Assembly (NCBI RefSeq): GCF_022768805.1
Contig: NZ_JALELB010000028.1
Direction: 5' to 3' (one strand)
DNA length: 64,000 bases
Source of the DNA: Ruminococcus sp.
Lineage (GTDB): Bacteria; Bacillota; Clostridia; Oscillospirales; Ruminococcaceae
How positions within the stretch are numbered: the stretch's first letter is position 1; every line of letters begins with the position of its first letter. The position numbers and the translations under genes are program-made. Positions 54,220 to 63,698 of this stretch are shown piece after piece. The notes beneath the pieces are model-generated. The model had not been told where the DNA came from and ran no database searches. It saw only the letters and a program-made list of their open reading frames with translations.

Positions 54220-55641
54220 TTATTCACCAATTTTACGTTCAAATTTATCCTTGGGCATCTCCTTGGGCACCGGAATCGGATACTCACCGGTAAAGCAGCC
54301 CACACAGAAATCACAGTGGTCGTTTGCAGCAATGGCTTTGACGCCCTCCACACTCAGGTAGCCAAGGGAATCTGCGCCCAGCTCCTTACAGATGCCCTCC
54401 ACCGGCAGCCGGCAGGCAATCAGCTTGTCCTTGCTGTCGATATCCGTGCCGAAGTAACAGGGATTGGTAAAGGGCGGGCTGGAAATGCGCACATGTACTT
54501 CCTTTGCCCCGGCCTCCCGGATCAGGCTGACGATCCGGGCAGAGGTGGTACCCCGGACAATGCTGTCATCCACCAGAATAACCCGCTTTCCTGCCACAAC
54601 ATCCCGCACCACATTCAGCTTGATGCGGACTGCATCCGTCCGCTCCTTCTGGGTGGGCTGAATAAAGGTTCTGCCCACATAGCGGTTTTTGATAAAGCCC
54701 ACGCCGTAGGGAATGCCGGAAGCATGGGACAGACCCAGAGCAGCATCCAGACCGCTGTCCGGCACACCAATCACCACGTCAGCTTCCACAGGATGCTCTT
54801 TCCAGAGAAACTCTCCCGCCCGCAGCCGGGCACGATGCACCCCAACGCCCTCGATGACAGAATCCGGGCGGGCAAAATATACATACTCGAATACGCAAAG
54901 ATTGCACCGCTTGCCGCAGTGGGAACGAATGGAACGAACACCCTCCTTGTCCACCACTACAATTTCACCCGGATCCAGATCCCGGATAAAGGCTGCGCCG
55001 ATGCTGTCCAGGGCGCAGCTTTCCGAAGTGAACACCAGGGAGCCATCCTTGCACTTGCCCATGCAAAGGGGGCGGAAGCCGTTGGGATCCCTTGCGGCGA
55101 TCAGCTTGGTGGGCGACATAATCACCAGGGAATATGCCCCCTTGAACCGGTACATGGCCTGTTCCACCGCCGTTTCAATGGAGGGGAACTTCAGCCGCTG
55201 CTCCGTAATGGCGTAGGAAATCACTTCTGTATCGTTGGTATTGTGGAAAATCGCCCCTTTGAGCTCGTACTCCTCCCGGAGCTCCGCAGCATTGACCAGG
55301 TTGCCATTATGAGCAATAGCCATGGGGCCCTTCACATGGCGGACCACCAGAGGCTGAGCATTTGCTCGGTTGTTTCCGCCGGTGGTGCCGTAGCGCACAT
55401 GCCCTACCGCAATATTGCCCAGTCCCAGCTTTTCCATGTGGGACTGATTAAACACCTCAGGTACAAGCCCCAGATCCTTGTGATAGGAAAACACGCCCTT
55501 GTCATTGACAACGATGCCGCAGCTTTCCTGCCCCCGGTGCTGCAGCGCATACAGCGCCATATAGGTCTTGGCAGCAACATCAGCGGTCTGCTGACTGAAG
55601 ATACCGAAAACGCCGCATTCCTCGTGAATACCTGTTACCAA
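54220..55641 (-). CDS. purF: amidophosphoribosyltransferase (canonical; propeptide plus Cys nucleophile)
   Basis: The propeptide MVTGIHEE is followed by CGVFGIFS. It also has HRGQES, the PRPP loop [12 protein letters not shown] and C-terminal Cys residues (HCDFCVGC). Confidence 0.95.
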   Translation of the reverse strand: MVTGIHEECGVFGIFSQQTADVAAKTYMALYALQHRGQESCGIVVNDKGVFSYHKDLGLVPEVFNQSHMEKLGLGNIAVGHVRYGTTGGNNRANAQPLVVRHVKGPMAIAHNGNLVNAAELREEYELKGAIFHNTNDTEVISYAITEQRLKFPSIETAVEQAMYRFKGAYSLVIMSPTKLIAARDPNGFRPLCMGKCKDGSLVFTSESCALDSIGAAFIRDLDPGEIVVVDKEGVRSIRSHCGKRCNLCVFEYVYFARPDSVIEGVGVHRARLRAGEFLWKEHPVEADVVIGVPDSGLDAALGLSHASGIPYGVGFIKNRYVGRTFIQPTQKERTDAVRIKLNVVRDVVAGKRVILVDDSIVRGTTSARIVSLIREAGAKEVHVRISSPPFTNPCYFGTDIDSKDKLIACRLPVEGICKELGADSLGYLSVEGVKAIAANDHCDFCVGCFTGEYPIPVPKEMPKDKFERKIGE

Positions 55642-55647
55642 TTGACC

Positions 55648-57069
55648 TCATTCCCTTCCGTTCCAGCAATAGGTACAAAGCCCGCACTGGGGCTTGCCCA
55701 CAGCCTTGACCGTGCCCTCCAGCGACTGGAATTCCAGAGAGGTCAGCTTCAGGCGTCTGCAGATTTCGTCACGCAGCAGCTTTCCTCGTTCCGTTGCCGA
55801 ATCGCTGTATTCTTCAATATACTTCACCCCTTCGGCGCCCTCCTGCTCGTCGATGATCTGCCGTGCGATCAGCTCCAGCTCGGAGGTGCTCCGGGAAAAG
55901 TTCAGATATTTGCATCCGTACATAATCGGCGGACAGGCCGAACGCATATGTACTTCCTTGGCACCATTCTCATAAAGGAATTCCACTGTCTCCCGCATCT
56001 GGGTACCCCGGACAATGCTGTCATCCACAAATAATAGCTTCTTGCCCTCGATCAGCTCATGTACCGGGATCAGCTTCATTTTTGCTACCCGGTTCCGCAT
56101 GGACTGATTGGCAGGCATAAAGCTTCTGGGCCAGGTGGGGGTGTACTTGATGAAAGGCCGTGCAAAGGGAATGCCGCTGCGGTTTGCATAGCCGATAGCA
56201 TGGGGCACACCGGAATCCGGAATCCCGCACACATAGTCCACATCCGGCAGCCTGCCGTTTTTCATGTCGTTTTCCGCCATGATTTCCCCGTTCCGGGTCC
56301 GCATAACCTCCACGTTGACGCCCTCGTAGCAGGCAGTGGGATAGCCGTAATAGGTCCACAGGAAGGTACAGATCTTCATCTGCTCCGTTCCGGCACTGAG
56401 GATTTCATAGCCATCCTTTGTAATCCGGGTAATCTCCCCCGCCTGCATTTCGTGACAGGTGGAGTAGCCCAGCTTCTGATAGGCAAAGGATTCAAAGGAG
56501 AAGCAATAGCCATCGGATCGCTTGCCGATAAGGATGGGCAGACGTCCGTCCTTATCCCGGGCTGCGATGATGGCATTTTCCGTCATCAGCACCAGGGACA
56601 TAGTGCCCTGAATCCTGCTCTGGGCGTAGCGGATGCCCTCCACAAAGCTGTCCTTCTGGGCAATCAGTGCGCCGATCAGTCCGGCAGAATTGATAGCGCC
56701 GCTGCTCATGGTTTCAAAGTTTGCACAGCCCCTCTCCAGCAGTTCCTCCGCAAGCTCAGTTGCGTTATTGATGATGCCGATGGAGCAAAGGGCATACAGG
56801 CCCAGCTTTGACCGGACCATAATGGGCTGAGGATCCGTATCGCTGATGCAGCCGATACAGATATTCCCTCGCATTTTCTCTACGTCCTTTTCAAACTTTG
56901 TCCGGAACGGAGAGCTTTCAATGCTGTGGATGTTTCTCTGGAAGCCCAGCTCCGGCGCGTAGGAAGTCATACCGCCCCGGCGGGTACCCAGATGGGAGTG
57001 ATAGTCCGTGCCGAAAAACACGTCCTGGATGCAGTCATTTGCAGATACAGCTCCGAAAAAACCGCCCAT
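55648..57069 (-). CDS. amidophosphoribosyltransferase-like paralogue lacking the N-terminal Cys nucleophile
   Basis: 473 aa, the same length as PurF. It starts MGGFFGAVS, with Gly where PurF has Cys. HRGQES is replaced by HLGTRRGG. The PRPP loop [12 protein letters not shown] and the C-terminal Cys cluster CGLCTYC are retained. Confidence 0.8.
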   Translation of the reverse strand: MGGFFGAVSANDCIQDVFFGTDYHSHLGTRRGGMTSYAPELGFQRNIHSIESSPFRTKFEKDVEKMRGNICIGCISDTDPQPIMVRSKLGLYALCSIGIINNATELAEELLERGCANFETMSSGAINSAGLIGALIAQKDSFVEGIRYAQSRIQGTMSLVLMTENAIIAARDKDGRLPILIGKRSDGYCFSFESFAYQKLGYSTCHEMQAGEITRITKDGYEILSAGTEQMKICTFLWTYYGYPTACYEGVNVEVMRTRNGEIMAENDMKNGRLPDVDYVCGIPDSGVPHAIGYANRSGIPFARPFIKYTPTWPRSFMPANQSMRNRVAKMKLIPVHELIEGKKLLFVDDSIVRGTQMRETVEFLYENGAKEVHMRSACPPIMYGCKYLNFSRSTSELELIARQIIDEQEGAEGVKYIEEYSDSATERGKLLRDEICRRLKLTSLEFQSLEGTVKAVGKPQCGLCTYCWNGRE

Positions 57070-57074
57070 ATGCC

Positions 57075-57788
57075 TTATTCTCCCATAACCCGCTTGATCA
57101 TTTCCTGATAAGCCTCTTCTACGCCGCCCATATCTCTTCTGAATCTGTCCTTGTCCAGCTTTTCGTGGGTCTTGGAATCCCAGAACCGGCAGGTGTCCGG
57201 AGAGATCTCATCCGCCAGCAGAATCTGGCCGTGGAACCGGCCGAATTCGATCTTGAAGTCAATCAGGTCGATGCCGATATTCTTGAAAAAGCCCTTCATG
57301 AATTCGTTGACCTTGAAGGCATACTTTGTGATGTCCTCAATTTCCTGCTCAGTGGCAAGCCCCAGACCCAGCGCATAGTACTTGTTGATGAAGGGATCAC
57401 CCAGCTCGTCACACTTGTAGCTGAATTCCAGGGTGGGCTGCTTGAGGGGTGTACCCTCCGCAATGCCCAGCTTCTTGGAAAAGCTGCCTGCGGCAACATT
57501 TCTGACGATGACCTCCAGCGGAACAATTTCCACCTTCTTGACAATGGTCTCTCTGTCGGAAATCTCCTCCACCAGGTGGGTGGGAACGCCCTCCTGTTCC
57601 AACAGCTTGAGCATATAGTTGGTCATCTTGTTGTTGATTGCGCCCTTCCCGGCGATGGTGCCCTTCTTTTCACCGTTGAAGGCAGTGGCATCGTCCTTGT
57701 AATCCACGATGACCAGATCCGGATCAGTGGTTGCAAACACCTTTTTTGCCTTGCCTTCATAGAGCTGCTCAGTCTTCTGAATGTTCAT
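57075..57788 (-). CDS. purC: phosphoribosylaminoimidazole-succinocarboxamide synthase
   Basis: [18 protein letters not shown]... and [12 protein letters not shown]. The start is set at the ATG at 57788, with GGAGG 8 nt upstream. Confidence 0.95.
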   Translation of the reverse strand: MNIQKTEQLYEGKAKKVFATTDPDLVIVDYKDDATAFNGEKKGTIAGKGAINNKMTNYMLKLLEQEGVPTHLVEEISDRETIVKKVEIVPLEVIVRNVAAGSFSKKLGIAEGTPLKQPTLEFSYKCDELGDPFINKYYALGLGLATEQEIEDITKYAFKVNEFMKGFFKNIGIDLIDFKIEFGRFHGQILLADEISPDTCRFWDSKTHEKLDKDRFRRDMGGVEEAYQEMIKRVMGE

Positions 57789-57861
57789 TGTCATTTCCTC
57801 CATATATCTCAAACTTTGGGTTCCCTTGATTCAGTCCGGTCTTTTCAGACCTGTATGCAGA

Positions 57862-58359
57862 TTACAGCGCTGCAACCCGCTCCTGCATAGCCCTGTCCTT
57901 TTCCAGAACGCCGGCCTCCATCTGTGCCTTCCGGGCAATGAGCTTCTCCTTCAATGCCGGATCAGACAGAGCCAGCATCTGTACAGCCAAGATCGCCGCA
58001 TTGGCTGCTCCGTCAATGGCAACCGTGGCAACCGGGATGCCGCTGGGCATCTGCACCGTAGCCAGCAGTGCATCCAGACCGTCCAGAGTCGAGGACTTCA
58101 CCGGAATGCCGATCACCGGCTTCACGGTATGGGCTGCCAGCACTCCTGCCAGATGTGCCGCCTTTCCGGCAGCTGCAATGATGACATCCACATCATTCTC
58201 ACAGGTGGCCTTTGCAAAGGCTGCGGCCTGCTCCGGGGTGCGGTGTGCAGACATGACATGCACCTCGTATGCAACGCCGAATGCCTTCAGCTCCTCAATG
58301 GCTGCTCTGACAACCGGGAAGTCACTGTCGCTTCCCATAATCACTGCTACTTTACTCAT
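57862..58359 (-). CDS. purE: 5-(carboxyamino)imidazole ribonucleotide mutase
   Basis: 165 aa with VAVIMGSDSDFPV and AHRTPE. Confidence 0.95.
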   Translation of the reverse strand: MSKVAVIMGSDSDFPVVRAAIEELKAFGVAYEVHVMSAHRTPEQAAAFAKATCENDVDVIIAAAGKAAHLAGVLAAHTVKPVIGIPVKSSTLDGLDALLATVQMPSGIPVATVAIDGAANAAILAVQMLALSDPALKEKLIARKAQMEAGVLEKDRAMQERVAAL

Positions 58360-59389
58360 GTTTCAATCCGGACGGTTCTCCGTCCTCTCCTTTCATAGAT
58401 TCCGCAATCACTTCTCCGGTCTGCATATCCACCGGCATCTCCTGTACACTGTACAGCAGCAGGATTCCATCCTCATCCCGCCGCATCCGCAGGATCAGAT
58501 CGGAAGCACGGGCCTCCCGGCCTGCATCCGTCTGCAGCTGATAACAGAAACGGAAGGTACAGGCATAGCGCAGCACCGGCTCACTTTCATTCCACTCCGT
58601 ATCCAACAGGGTCATGGAGGTAAAATAGCGGTTCTCCATCCGATCCTCGTCAATGACCTCGCTGTAGGAATCCGCCGCAGTGATGCTGTAAACATCGCTG
58701 TAATCCCTTTTCAGCATGGCCTTGAGATACTGGTGGGAAATCTGCGCAAGCTCGGACAGCACGGTATAATTCTCCACCCCGGCAAGATCCGATGCATCAA
58801 AGGAGAAGTACAGAGGCTGCCCTGCCAGCACCATGCGCATGGTGATTGCCGTCATGCGGATTTCGGTGCCGCTGACCTCAGCGGTATACTGGGCGGTGCC
58901 GGACATGAGCCGCAGAATCCCCTCCTCCATAGTGCAGCTGTCCCATGCCTGGGAAAGCAGCTGCTGGCCCTCGGTGGAATAGAGAATGGTTTTTCCATCC
59001 TCCGCTGTAACCGCAGCCAGAATCTGTCCGGTCAGAGAGGTAATGGAGCTGTATGCAAATGGGATCAGTACATTTTCGTTGATCTGGATCATACCGTACC
59101 GCAGCGCTCCGCCCGTCCTGCGAGAGACAAGCAGCGTCTGCTCCCCGGCAAAGGAAAGGGAATCCCATTCCGCATCCACCAATACACGCTCATTTTCATT
59201 CCGCACACCGTACAGTCCGGTGTCATCGTCCTGAAAGATATAATACCCCTCACGTCCAGCAGACTGCTGGGGCGATTTGGTATCCCCCGTGTCCTGGGAG
59301 GTGTCCAGATTCAGTTTAATGAGTCCCGCAGCCAGTGCCAGAATCATTACAGCCAGCACCAGCACCAGCAGCCGTATCCGCCGTGTCAC
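58352..59389 (-). CDS. membrane-anchored hypothetical protein with WG-type repeats
   Basis: 345 aa. The N-terminal TM segment is RIRLLVLVLAVMILALAAGLI. Repeated motifs include GLYGVRNENERVLVDAEWDSL and YGMIQINENVLIPFAYSSI. Its stop overlaps the purE start by 8 nt. Confidence 0.6.
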   Translation of the reverse strand: MTRRIRLLVLVLAVMILALAAGLIKLNLDTSQDTGDTKSPQQSAGREGYYIFQDDDTGLYGVRNENERVLVDAEWDSLSFAGEQTLLVSRRTGGALRYGMIQINENVLIPFAYSSITSLTGQILAAVTAEDGKTILYSTEGQQLLSQAWDSCTMEEGILRLMSGTAQYTAEVSGTEIRMTAITMRMVLAGQPLYFSFDASDLAGVENYTVLSELAQISHQYLKAMLKRDYSDVYSITAADSYSEVIDEDRMENRYFTSMTLLDTEWNESEPVLRYACTFRFCYQLQTDAGREARASDLILRMRRDEDGILLLYSVQEMPVDMQTGEVIAESMKGEDGEPSGLKHE

Positions 59390-59421
59390 GCCCGTTCCTC
59401 CTTCAGCCCTGCTTTACAGCC

Positions 59422-60396
59422 TTAGTCCTGCCGCTCCGTCAGCTTGTCCCGATAGATCTGCTCGGTTTCCCGCACAATGTAGATGGGACGGCGTTTGGTT
59501 TCCAGGTAGGTTTTGGACAGATACTGACCCAGCACGCCGATACAGAAAAGCTGCAGACCGCCCAGCAAAAAGATGGCGCACATGATGGAGGGAAATCCCG
59601 CCACAGCTTCACCGAATGCCAGGGTTTTGATGATGATCCAGATCATCATCAGAAAGGCGATGACACAGCTGACAAGACCCAGCACTGAGGCTAAGGCCAG
59701 AGGCGCCGTGGAGAAGGCGAAAATTCCCTCCAGGGAGTAACGGAAAAGACTCCAGAAGGACCAGGCCGTCGTGCCGGCGGCACGCTCCACATTCTCATAC
59801 TCGATATACTTGGTCTTAAAGCCAACCCAGCTGAAAATGCCCTTGGAAAACCGGTTGTATTCCCGCATGGACAGAATCGCATCCACCATCTGCCGGCTCA
59901 TAAAACGGAAATCCTGGGCACCGTCCACAATCTCTGTCTGGGAGATCTTGTTCATAATCCGATAGAATTTCCGGGCAAACCAGGAACGGATCTTGGATTC
60001 ACCCTTGCGGCTGACACGCCGGGTGGTGGCACAGTCATATTCCCCGTCCCGCACGTAGCTGTACATCTCCGGCAGAAAAGAGGGCGGATGCTGCAGGTCC
60101 GCATCCATGACCACGACAAAATCCCCTGTTGCATTCTCCAGCCCGGCAAACATACCGGCTTCCTTACCGAAATTGCGGGAAAAGGAGATGTACCGTACCC
60201 GCTGATCCTTGGAGGCAAGCTCCCGCAGCTGCGTCAGCGTCTTGTCCCTTGAGCCGTCATCGATGAACAGCAGCTCAAACGTCAGCTCGGCGTAAGTGCG
60301 CTTCATTTCGTCCATCACCCTCGTGATCTCTGCATAAAACAGTGGAAGCACCTCTTCCTCATTGTAGCAGGGCACGATGATCGAAAGCTTCTTCAC
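59422..60396 (-). CDS. family 2 glycosyltransferase, polyprenyl-phosphate sugar transferase type (GtrB/CsbB-like) with two C-terminal TM segments
   Basis: 324 aa with SIIVPCYNEEE, FIDDGSRD and VVMDADLQHPP. It uses a GTG start with GGGGGA upstream. Confidence 0.85.
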   Translation of the reverse strand: MKKLSIIVPCYNEEEVLPLFYAEITRVMDEMKRTYAELTFELLFIDDGSRDKTLTQLRELASKDQRVRYISFSRNFGKEAGMFAGLENATGDFVVVMDADLQHPPSFLPEMYSYVRDGEYDCATTRRVSRKGESKIRSWFARKFYRIMNKISQTEIVDGAQDFRFMSRQMVDAILSMREYNRFSKGIFSWVGFKTKYIEYENVERAAGTTAWSFWSLFRYSLEGIFAFSTAPLALASVLGLVSCVIAFLMMIWIIIKTLAFGEAVAGFPSIMCAIFLLGGLQLFCIGVLGQYLSKTYLETKRRPIYIVRETEQIYRDKLTERQD

Positions 60397-60478
60397 AGGA
60401 TTCCCCCTTATTGATGGATGCGCCGGAACGCAGACAGCGCGCCCATAAAAATACTATTATATAATACCGCAAAACGCA

Positions 60479-60517
60479 TAAAAAAGCAAGGGTTTTTTTC
60501 GTTTTTGTCAAAACCCC
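60479..60517 (-). terminator. A/U-rich terminator after the flavin reductase gene
   Basis: On the minus strand: GGGTTTT ... AAAACCC followed by TTGCTTTTTT. The stem is weak. Confidence 0.45.
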
Positions 60518-60530
60518 TGCCCTATTGTAT

Positions 60531-61109
60531 TCACTTTTCTCTCCCCGGCTTCTTTTTCCGTACAGAAAAACCAAAATCGCCCAGCTTCCGTCCCAGTGCA
60601 AAATACTCCCCGTGGGCATATGCTGCAAGCCCGCACTGCTGCAGATTCAGCCTGCCCTTGCTGTCCAGATACCGCTCATCCACATCCACCCCAACAATCT
60701 CCGCCAGAAACATTTCGTGGGTTCCAAGTAGCCGGCTCTCCGTAACACGGCACTCCAGCGCCACAGGGCATTCCTCCAGAATGGGAGCGGAAATCCGTTT
60801 TGCCGGTAATGGATGCAGACCGCAAAGGGCAAACTTGTCCACCTGTGCACCGCTGCGCACTCCACAGAAATCCGCCGCCCTGACCAGCCGGGAGGGGGTC
60901 AGATTCACTGCAAACTCCCCTGTCTGCCGGATCAAGCCGTAGGAATACCTGCTGGGCCGGACAGAAATATACGTCATCGCCGGCCGGGTACACACAATCC
61001 CCGTCCAGCCGATGGTCAGCACGTTGGGCTGCTCCATGGTGCCGCAGGTAACCAATGCAGGCGGTGCCGGTGCCAGCAGAGCACTCCCCTCCCAGAATAC
61101 CTTACCCAT
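60531..61109 (-). CDS. flavin reductase family protein
   Basis: 192 aa with PALVTCGT...NVLTIGWTG and the FMN-binding split-barrel pattern. Confidence 0.8.
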   Translation of the reverse strand: MGKVFWEGSALLAPAPPALVTCGTMEQPNVLTIGWTGIVCTRPAMTYISVRPSRYSYGLIRQTGEFAVNLTPSRLVRAADFCGVRSGAQVDKFALCGLHPLPAKRISAPILEECPVALECRVTESRLLGTHEMFLAEIVGVDVDERYLDSKGRLNLQQCGLAAYAHGEYFALGRKLGDFGFSVRKKKPGREK

Positions 61110-61135
61110 AGGTTTTGCCTCCTTTCCTTTAGGCT

Positions 61136-62005
61136 TTAGAACAATGAAAGCTGTGTCCCTGCCTGTTTGTCTTCAAATGCATGCAGATACGCAAAAATCT
61201 GCTGCTGATCCGTACAAATGTCATAACGGCGGCAGTCCTCCTGAAAAATCCGGTATAAAGCCTCTGCATGGAGACTGGGCAGTTCATAGGCATTGTCATA
61301 GGTTTTCTGATATTTCTCCTTCAACCCGGGAAAATGCTCGTCCAGCTTCTGATAATAATACTCCCGGTTTCCCTCCCGGAGGGTGAGCCCCATCCCAAAG
61401 GAAAGAATGCCCCGGACACCAGCATCTCTGCACCCACGGAGAATCCGGCGCAGATTGTCCGGGGTGTCATTCACAAAAGGCAGCAGGGGCGTGAGCCATA
61501 CCACCGTGGGAATCCCCCGATCCCGGCATGCATGCAGCGCCTCCAGCCGAGCACTGGTTGGCGCTACACAAGGCTCCAGGATCTTACACAGCTGGTCATC
61601 ATAGGTTGTAATGGTCATTTGAACCACGCACTTTGTGGCACGGTTAATCTGATCGATGAGCTCCAGATCTCGCAGGAAATCCGGTGACTTGGTCTGGAAT
61701 GCGGCACCGAATCCATAACGTTCAATCAGCTCCAGACAGCGGCGCATATGGCATAGCTGGCGCTCCAGGGGAATATAGGGATCCGACATGCTTCCGGTGC
61801 CAATCATACAGCGATGCCGTTTCCGCCGCAAGGCTTCCTCCAGAAGCTCCACTGCATTTTCCTTGACCTCCACGTCCTCAAAGGGGTGATCCATCTGATA
61901 GCAGGTGCTGCGGGCATCACAGTAAATACAGCCATGGGTACAACCACGATAGAGATTCATTCCGTTTGATCGGGACAAAATGCCCCTGACCTTCCGCATA
62001 TGCAT
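61136..62005 (-). CDS. radical SAM protein, SplB/COG1533-like (DNA photolyase-like family)
   Basis: 289 aa with a CxxxCxxC cluster motif (CTHGCIYC) near the N-terminus. Confidence 0.8.
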   Translation of the reverse strand: MHMRKVRGILSRSNGMNLYRGCTHGCIYCDARSTCYQMDHPFEDVEVKENAVELLEEALRRKRHRCMIGTGSMSDPYIPLERQLCHMRRCLELIERYGFGAAFQTKSPDFLRDLELIDQINRATKCVVQMTITTYDDQLCKILEPCVAPTSARLEALHACRDRGIPTVVWLTPLLPFVNDTPDNLRRILRGCRDAGVRGILSFGMGLTLREGNREYYYQKLDEHFPGLKEKYQKTYDNAYELPSLHAEALYRIFQEDCRRYDICTDQQQIFAYLHAFEDKQAGTQLSLF

Positions 62006-62164
62006 ATGCCCGTCCCCCCTTTCTTTTAGCTTACACTATTTTTCAAAAAAGCACAAGCATCTGGGGAAAATCTGAAAAAGATAGTCGCCTCCATTATGTT
62101 CAGCACTGTAATGTTGAAAAAAATATACGGTATGCACAATTTTAAAAAAGAAAGAAAACTAGGG

Positions 62165-62193
62165 TTGACTTTTGCCGCATCATGTAGTATAAT
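62165..62193 (+). promoter_or_regulatory. strong sigma-A promoter of the tRNA pair, with an A-rich UP-like tract
   Basis: TTGACT (62165-62170), a 17 nt spacer, then TATAAT (62188-62193), preceded by aattttaaaaaagaaagaaaa. Confidence 0.7.
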
Positions 62194-62229
62194 AACAAAG
62201 TCGCAGTTATGTTATGCGGCATTAAGCGT

Positions 62230-62306
62230 GGCGGCATAGCTCAGGTGGCTAGAGCACTTGGTTCATACCCAGGGTGTCGTTGGTTCGAATCCAATTGCCG
62301 CTACCA
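62230..62306 (+). tRNA. tRNA-Met (CAT anticodon, elongator-like; Ile2-lysidine identity not excluded)
   Basis: Hand-folded cloverleaf: acceptor GGCGGCA/TGCCGCT, D arm GCTC..GAGC, anticodon stem CTTGG/CCAGG with loop TTCATAC, T arm GTTGG TTCGAAT CCAAT, and an encoded CCA. Length 77 nt. Confidence 0.85.
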
Positions 62307-62307
62307 C

Positions 62308-62382
62308 GGCCCGTTGGTCAAGAGGTTAAGACACCGCCCTTTCACGGCGGAATCATGGGTTCAATTCCCGTACGGGTCACCA
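62308..62382 (+). tRNA. tRNA-Glu (TTC anticodon)
   Basis: GGCCCGTTGGTCAAGAGGTTAAGACA, anticodon stem CCGCC/GGCGG with loop CTTTCAC, T arm ATGGG TTCAATT CCCGT, acceptor ACGGGTC, and an encoded CCA. Length 75 nt. It starts 1 nt after tRNA-Met. Confidence 0.9.
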
Positions 62383-62391
62383 AATCATATG

Positions 62392-62433
62392 CTCGGAAAC
62401 AGCGTAATATCGCTGTTTCCGAGTTTTGCTTTT
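62392..62433 (+). terminator. Rho-independent terminator of the tRNA operon
   Basis: A 13-bp perfect stem ctcggaaacagcg / cgctgtttccgag with loop taatat, followed by TTTTGCTTTT. Confidence 0.8.
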
Positions 62434-62449
62434 ATAGTGAAAATAGGGT

Positions 62450-62490
62450 TTGTCCGCTACTTGTCCGCTATTGCGTTTTTGTAGCGGACA
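62450..62490. repeat. three copies of TGTCCGCTA (two direct, one inverted) between tRNA-Glu and the integrase stop
   Basis: TTGTCCGCTA at 62450-62459 and at 62461-62470, and the inverted TAGCGGACA at 62482-62490. Confidence 0.8.
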
Positions 62491-62498
62491 TTCTTATT

Positions 62499-63680
62499 TT
62501 AAGTTGTTGTATCCTGCGGAAGGAAACTGAACGCTCCGTCCATCGCCTGAGCCACTCTCGCCTGTGCGGTCTGGAACATATGAGCGTAGACGTTCAGTGT
62601 CGTTCCTGAATTGCAATGCCCTAACGCTCCCGATACCGTCACCACATCAAGCCCCGATGAGATCAGGGCAGAAGCTGCGAAATGCCTGAAACTGTGAATA
62701 CCGTAGAAAGGCATATCGTTCTTCTCGCAGAACTCTTTCAGCCAGCCGTAAGGGGTCTGGTTGTTCATGGGTTCGCCGTTCCACTTGCCAAAGAGTCTGT
62801 CACTCTCCACCCACTTGTCACCCAAGCGGAGTGCTTCCTCGTCCTGCTCGTCTTTCAGCTCTTTGAGGATACCCATGATGTACGGACTGATCTTCAATAC
62901 ACGCTTTGAACGCTTGGTCTTAGTGGTGTCGGTGTAGATGCCACGCTCTGAGGTATAGTTGGAAGTGCGCTTGATGCTGATGATGTTGTTCTCGAAGTCG
63001 ATGTCTTTCCACTCCAGACCGAGCATTTCGCTCCTACGGAAACCGCTGTACGCTATCAGATAGAAGAAAGCACGGTACTTTGTGTCCTCACCGTTTATCG
63101 CCGTGAGAAGCTGTGCGATCTCCTCCTGAGAATAGATAGGCTTCTCCTTGACCTCGCCTTTCGGGATAGTCACTTTCCTGCACGGGTTGTCTGATACCAA
63201 GTCCATACGAACCGCATAGCTGAACACGTCCGAGATAAAGCTGAGATTGTGACGTATCGTTTTCGGTGCGAGGGGCTTGCCCGTCTTTTCGTTTGCACCC
63301 TCTTTGGCAAGAGAGTTCACGAATCCCTGCAAAAGCCTTGCTGTGATTTTGTCGATACGCAAGTGACCGATAGCAGGATAAACACGGTGGGTAAGCTGGA
63401 GCATTCTCTCATATGTAGTGCTTCTGAGAGCGTTCTTCGCATAATTCTCGAACCACTCCTCCGCAAGTTCCTGAAACTTCATAGCCGAGGTCTTGAAACC
63501 GTGATTGACCGACTCCTCGAACATCACCGCCTGACGGTTCAGTTCCTTTTCGATCTGCTTCTTGGTCATACCCTCATCGGGTTTCCATGTCATAGACTGT
63601 TCCTTGTGATTGCCGTTTATATCGTATCCGCAGCTCACTCTGATAAGATAGCTGTTGCCACGCTTTTTTATTGTTGCCAT
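62499..63680 (-). CDS. int: tyrosine-type site-specific recombinase (phage/ICE integrase)
   Basis: 393 aa with an N-terminal arm-binding-type domain (KKRGNSYLIRV) and a core-binding domain. The catalytic residues appear as GFRRSE, HSFRHFAAS, LGHCN and NVYAH (the R...HxxR...H...Y pattern). GGAGG lies 7 nt upstream. Confidence 0.9.
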   Translation of the reverse strand: MATIKKRGNSYLIRVSCGYDINGNHKEQSMTWKPDEGMTKKQIEKELNRQAVMFEESVNHGFKTSAMKFQELAEEWFENYAKNALRSTTYERMLQLTHRVYPAIGHLRIDKITARLLQGFVNSLAKEGANEKTGKPLAPKTIRHNLSFISDVFSYAVRMDLVSDNPCRKVTIPKGEVKEKPIYSQEEIAQLLTAINGEDTKYRAFFYLIAYSGFRRSEMLGLEWKDIDFENNIISIKRTSNYTSERGIYTDTTKTKRSKRVLKISPYIMGILKELKDEQDEEALRLGDKWVESDRLFGKWNGEPMNNQTPYGWLKEFCEKNDMPFYGIHSFRHFAASALISSGLDVVTVSGALGHCNSGTTLNVYAHMFQTAQARVAQAMDGAFSFLPQDTTT

Positions 63681-63698
63681 AGATTACCTCCTAAGATC

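Noticed and set aside
54118-56034. 638-aa ORF antisense to purF and the purF paralogue
   Set aside because: It spans two well-supported genes and their intergenic gap on the opposite strand. It has no recognisable domains.
58360-58600. Search for a purine riboswitch or other leader upstream of purE
   Set aside because: The interval is coding (the 3' end of the 345-aa ORF), and I could not find the conserved purine-riboswitch core by eye. A covariance-model scan would be needed to be certain.
62209-62609. ORFs 62209-62484 and 62274-62609 on the plus strand
   Set aside because: They run through two tRNA genes and a terminator and are not coding.
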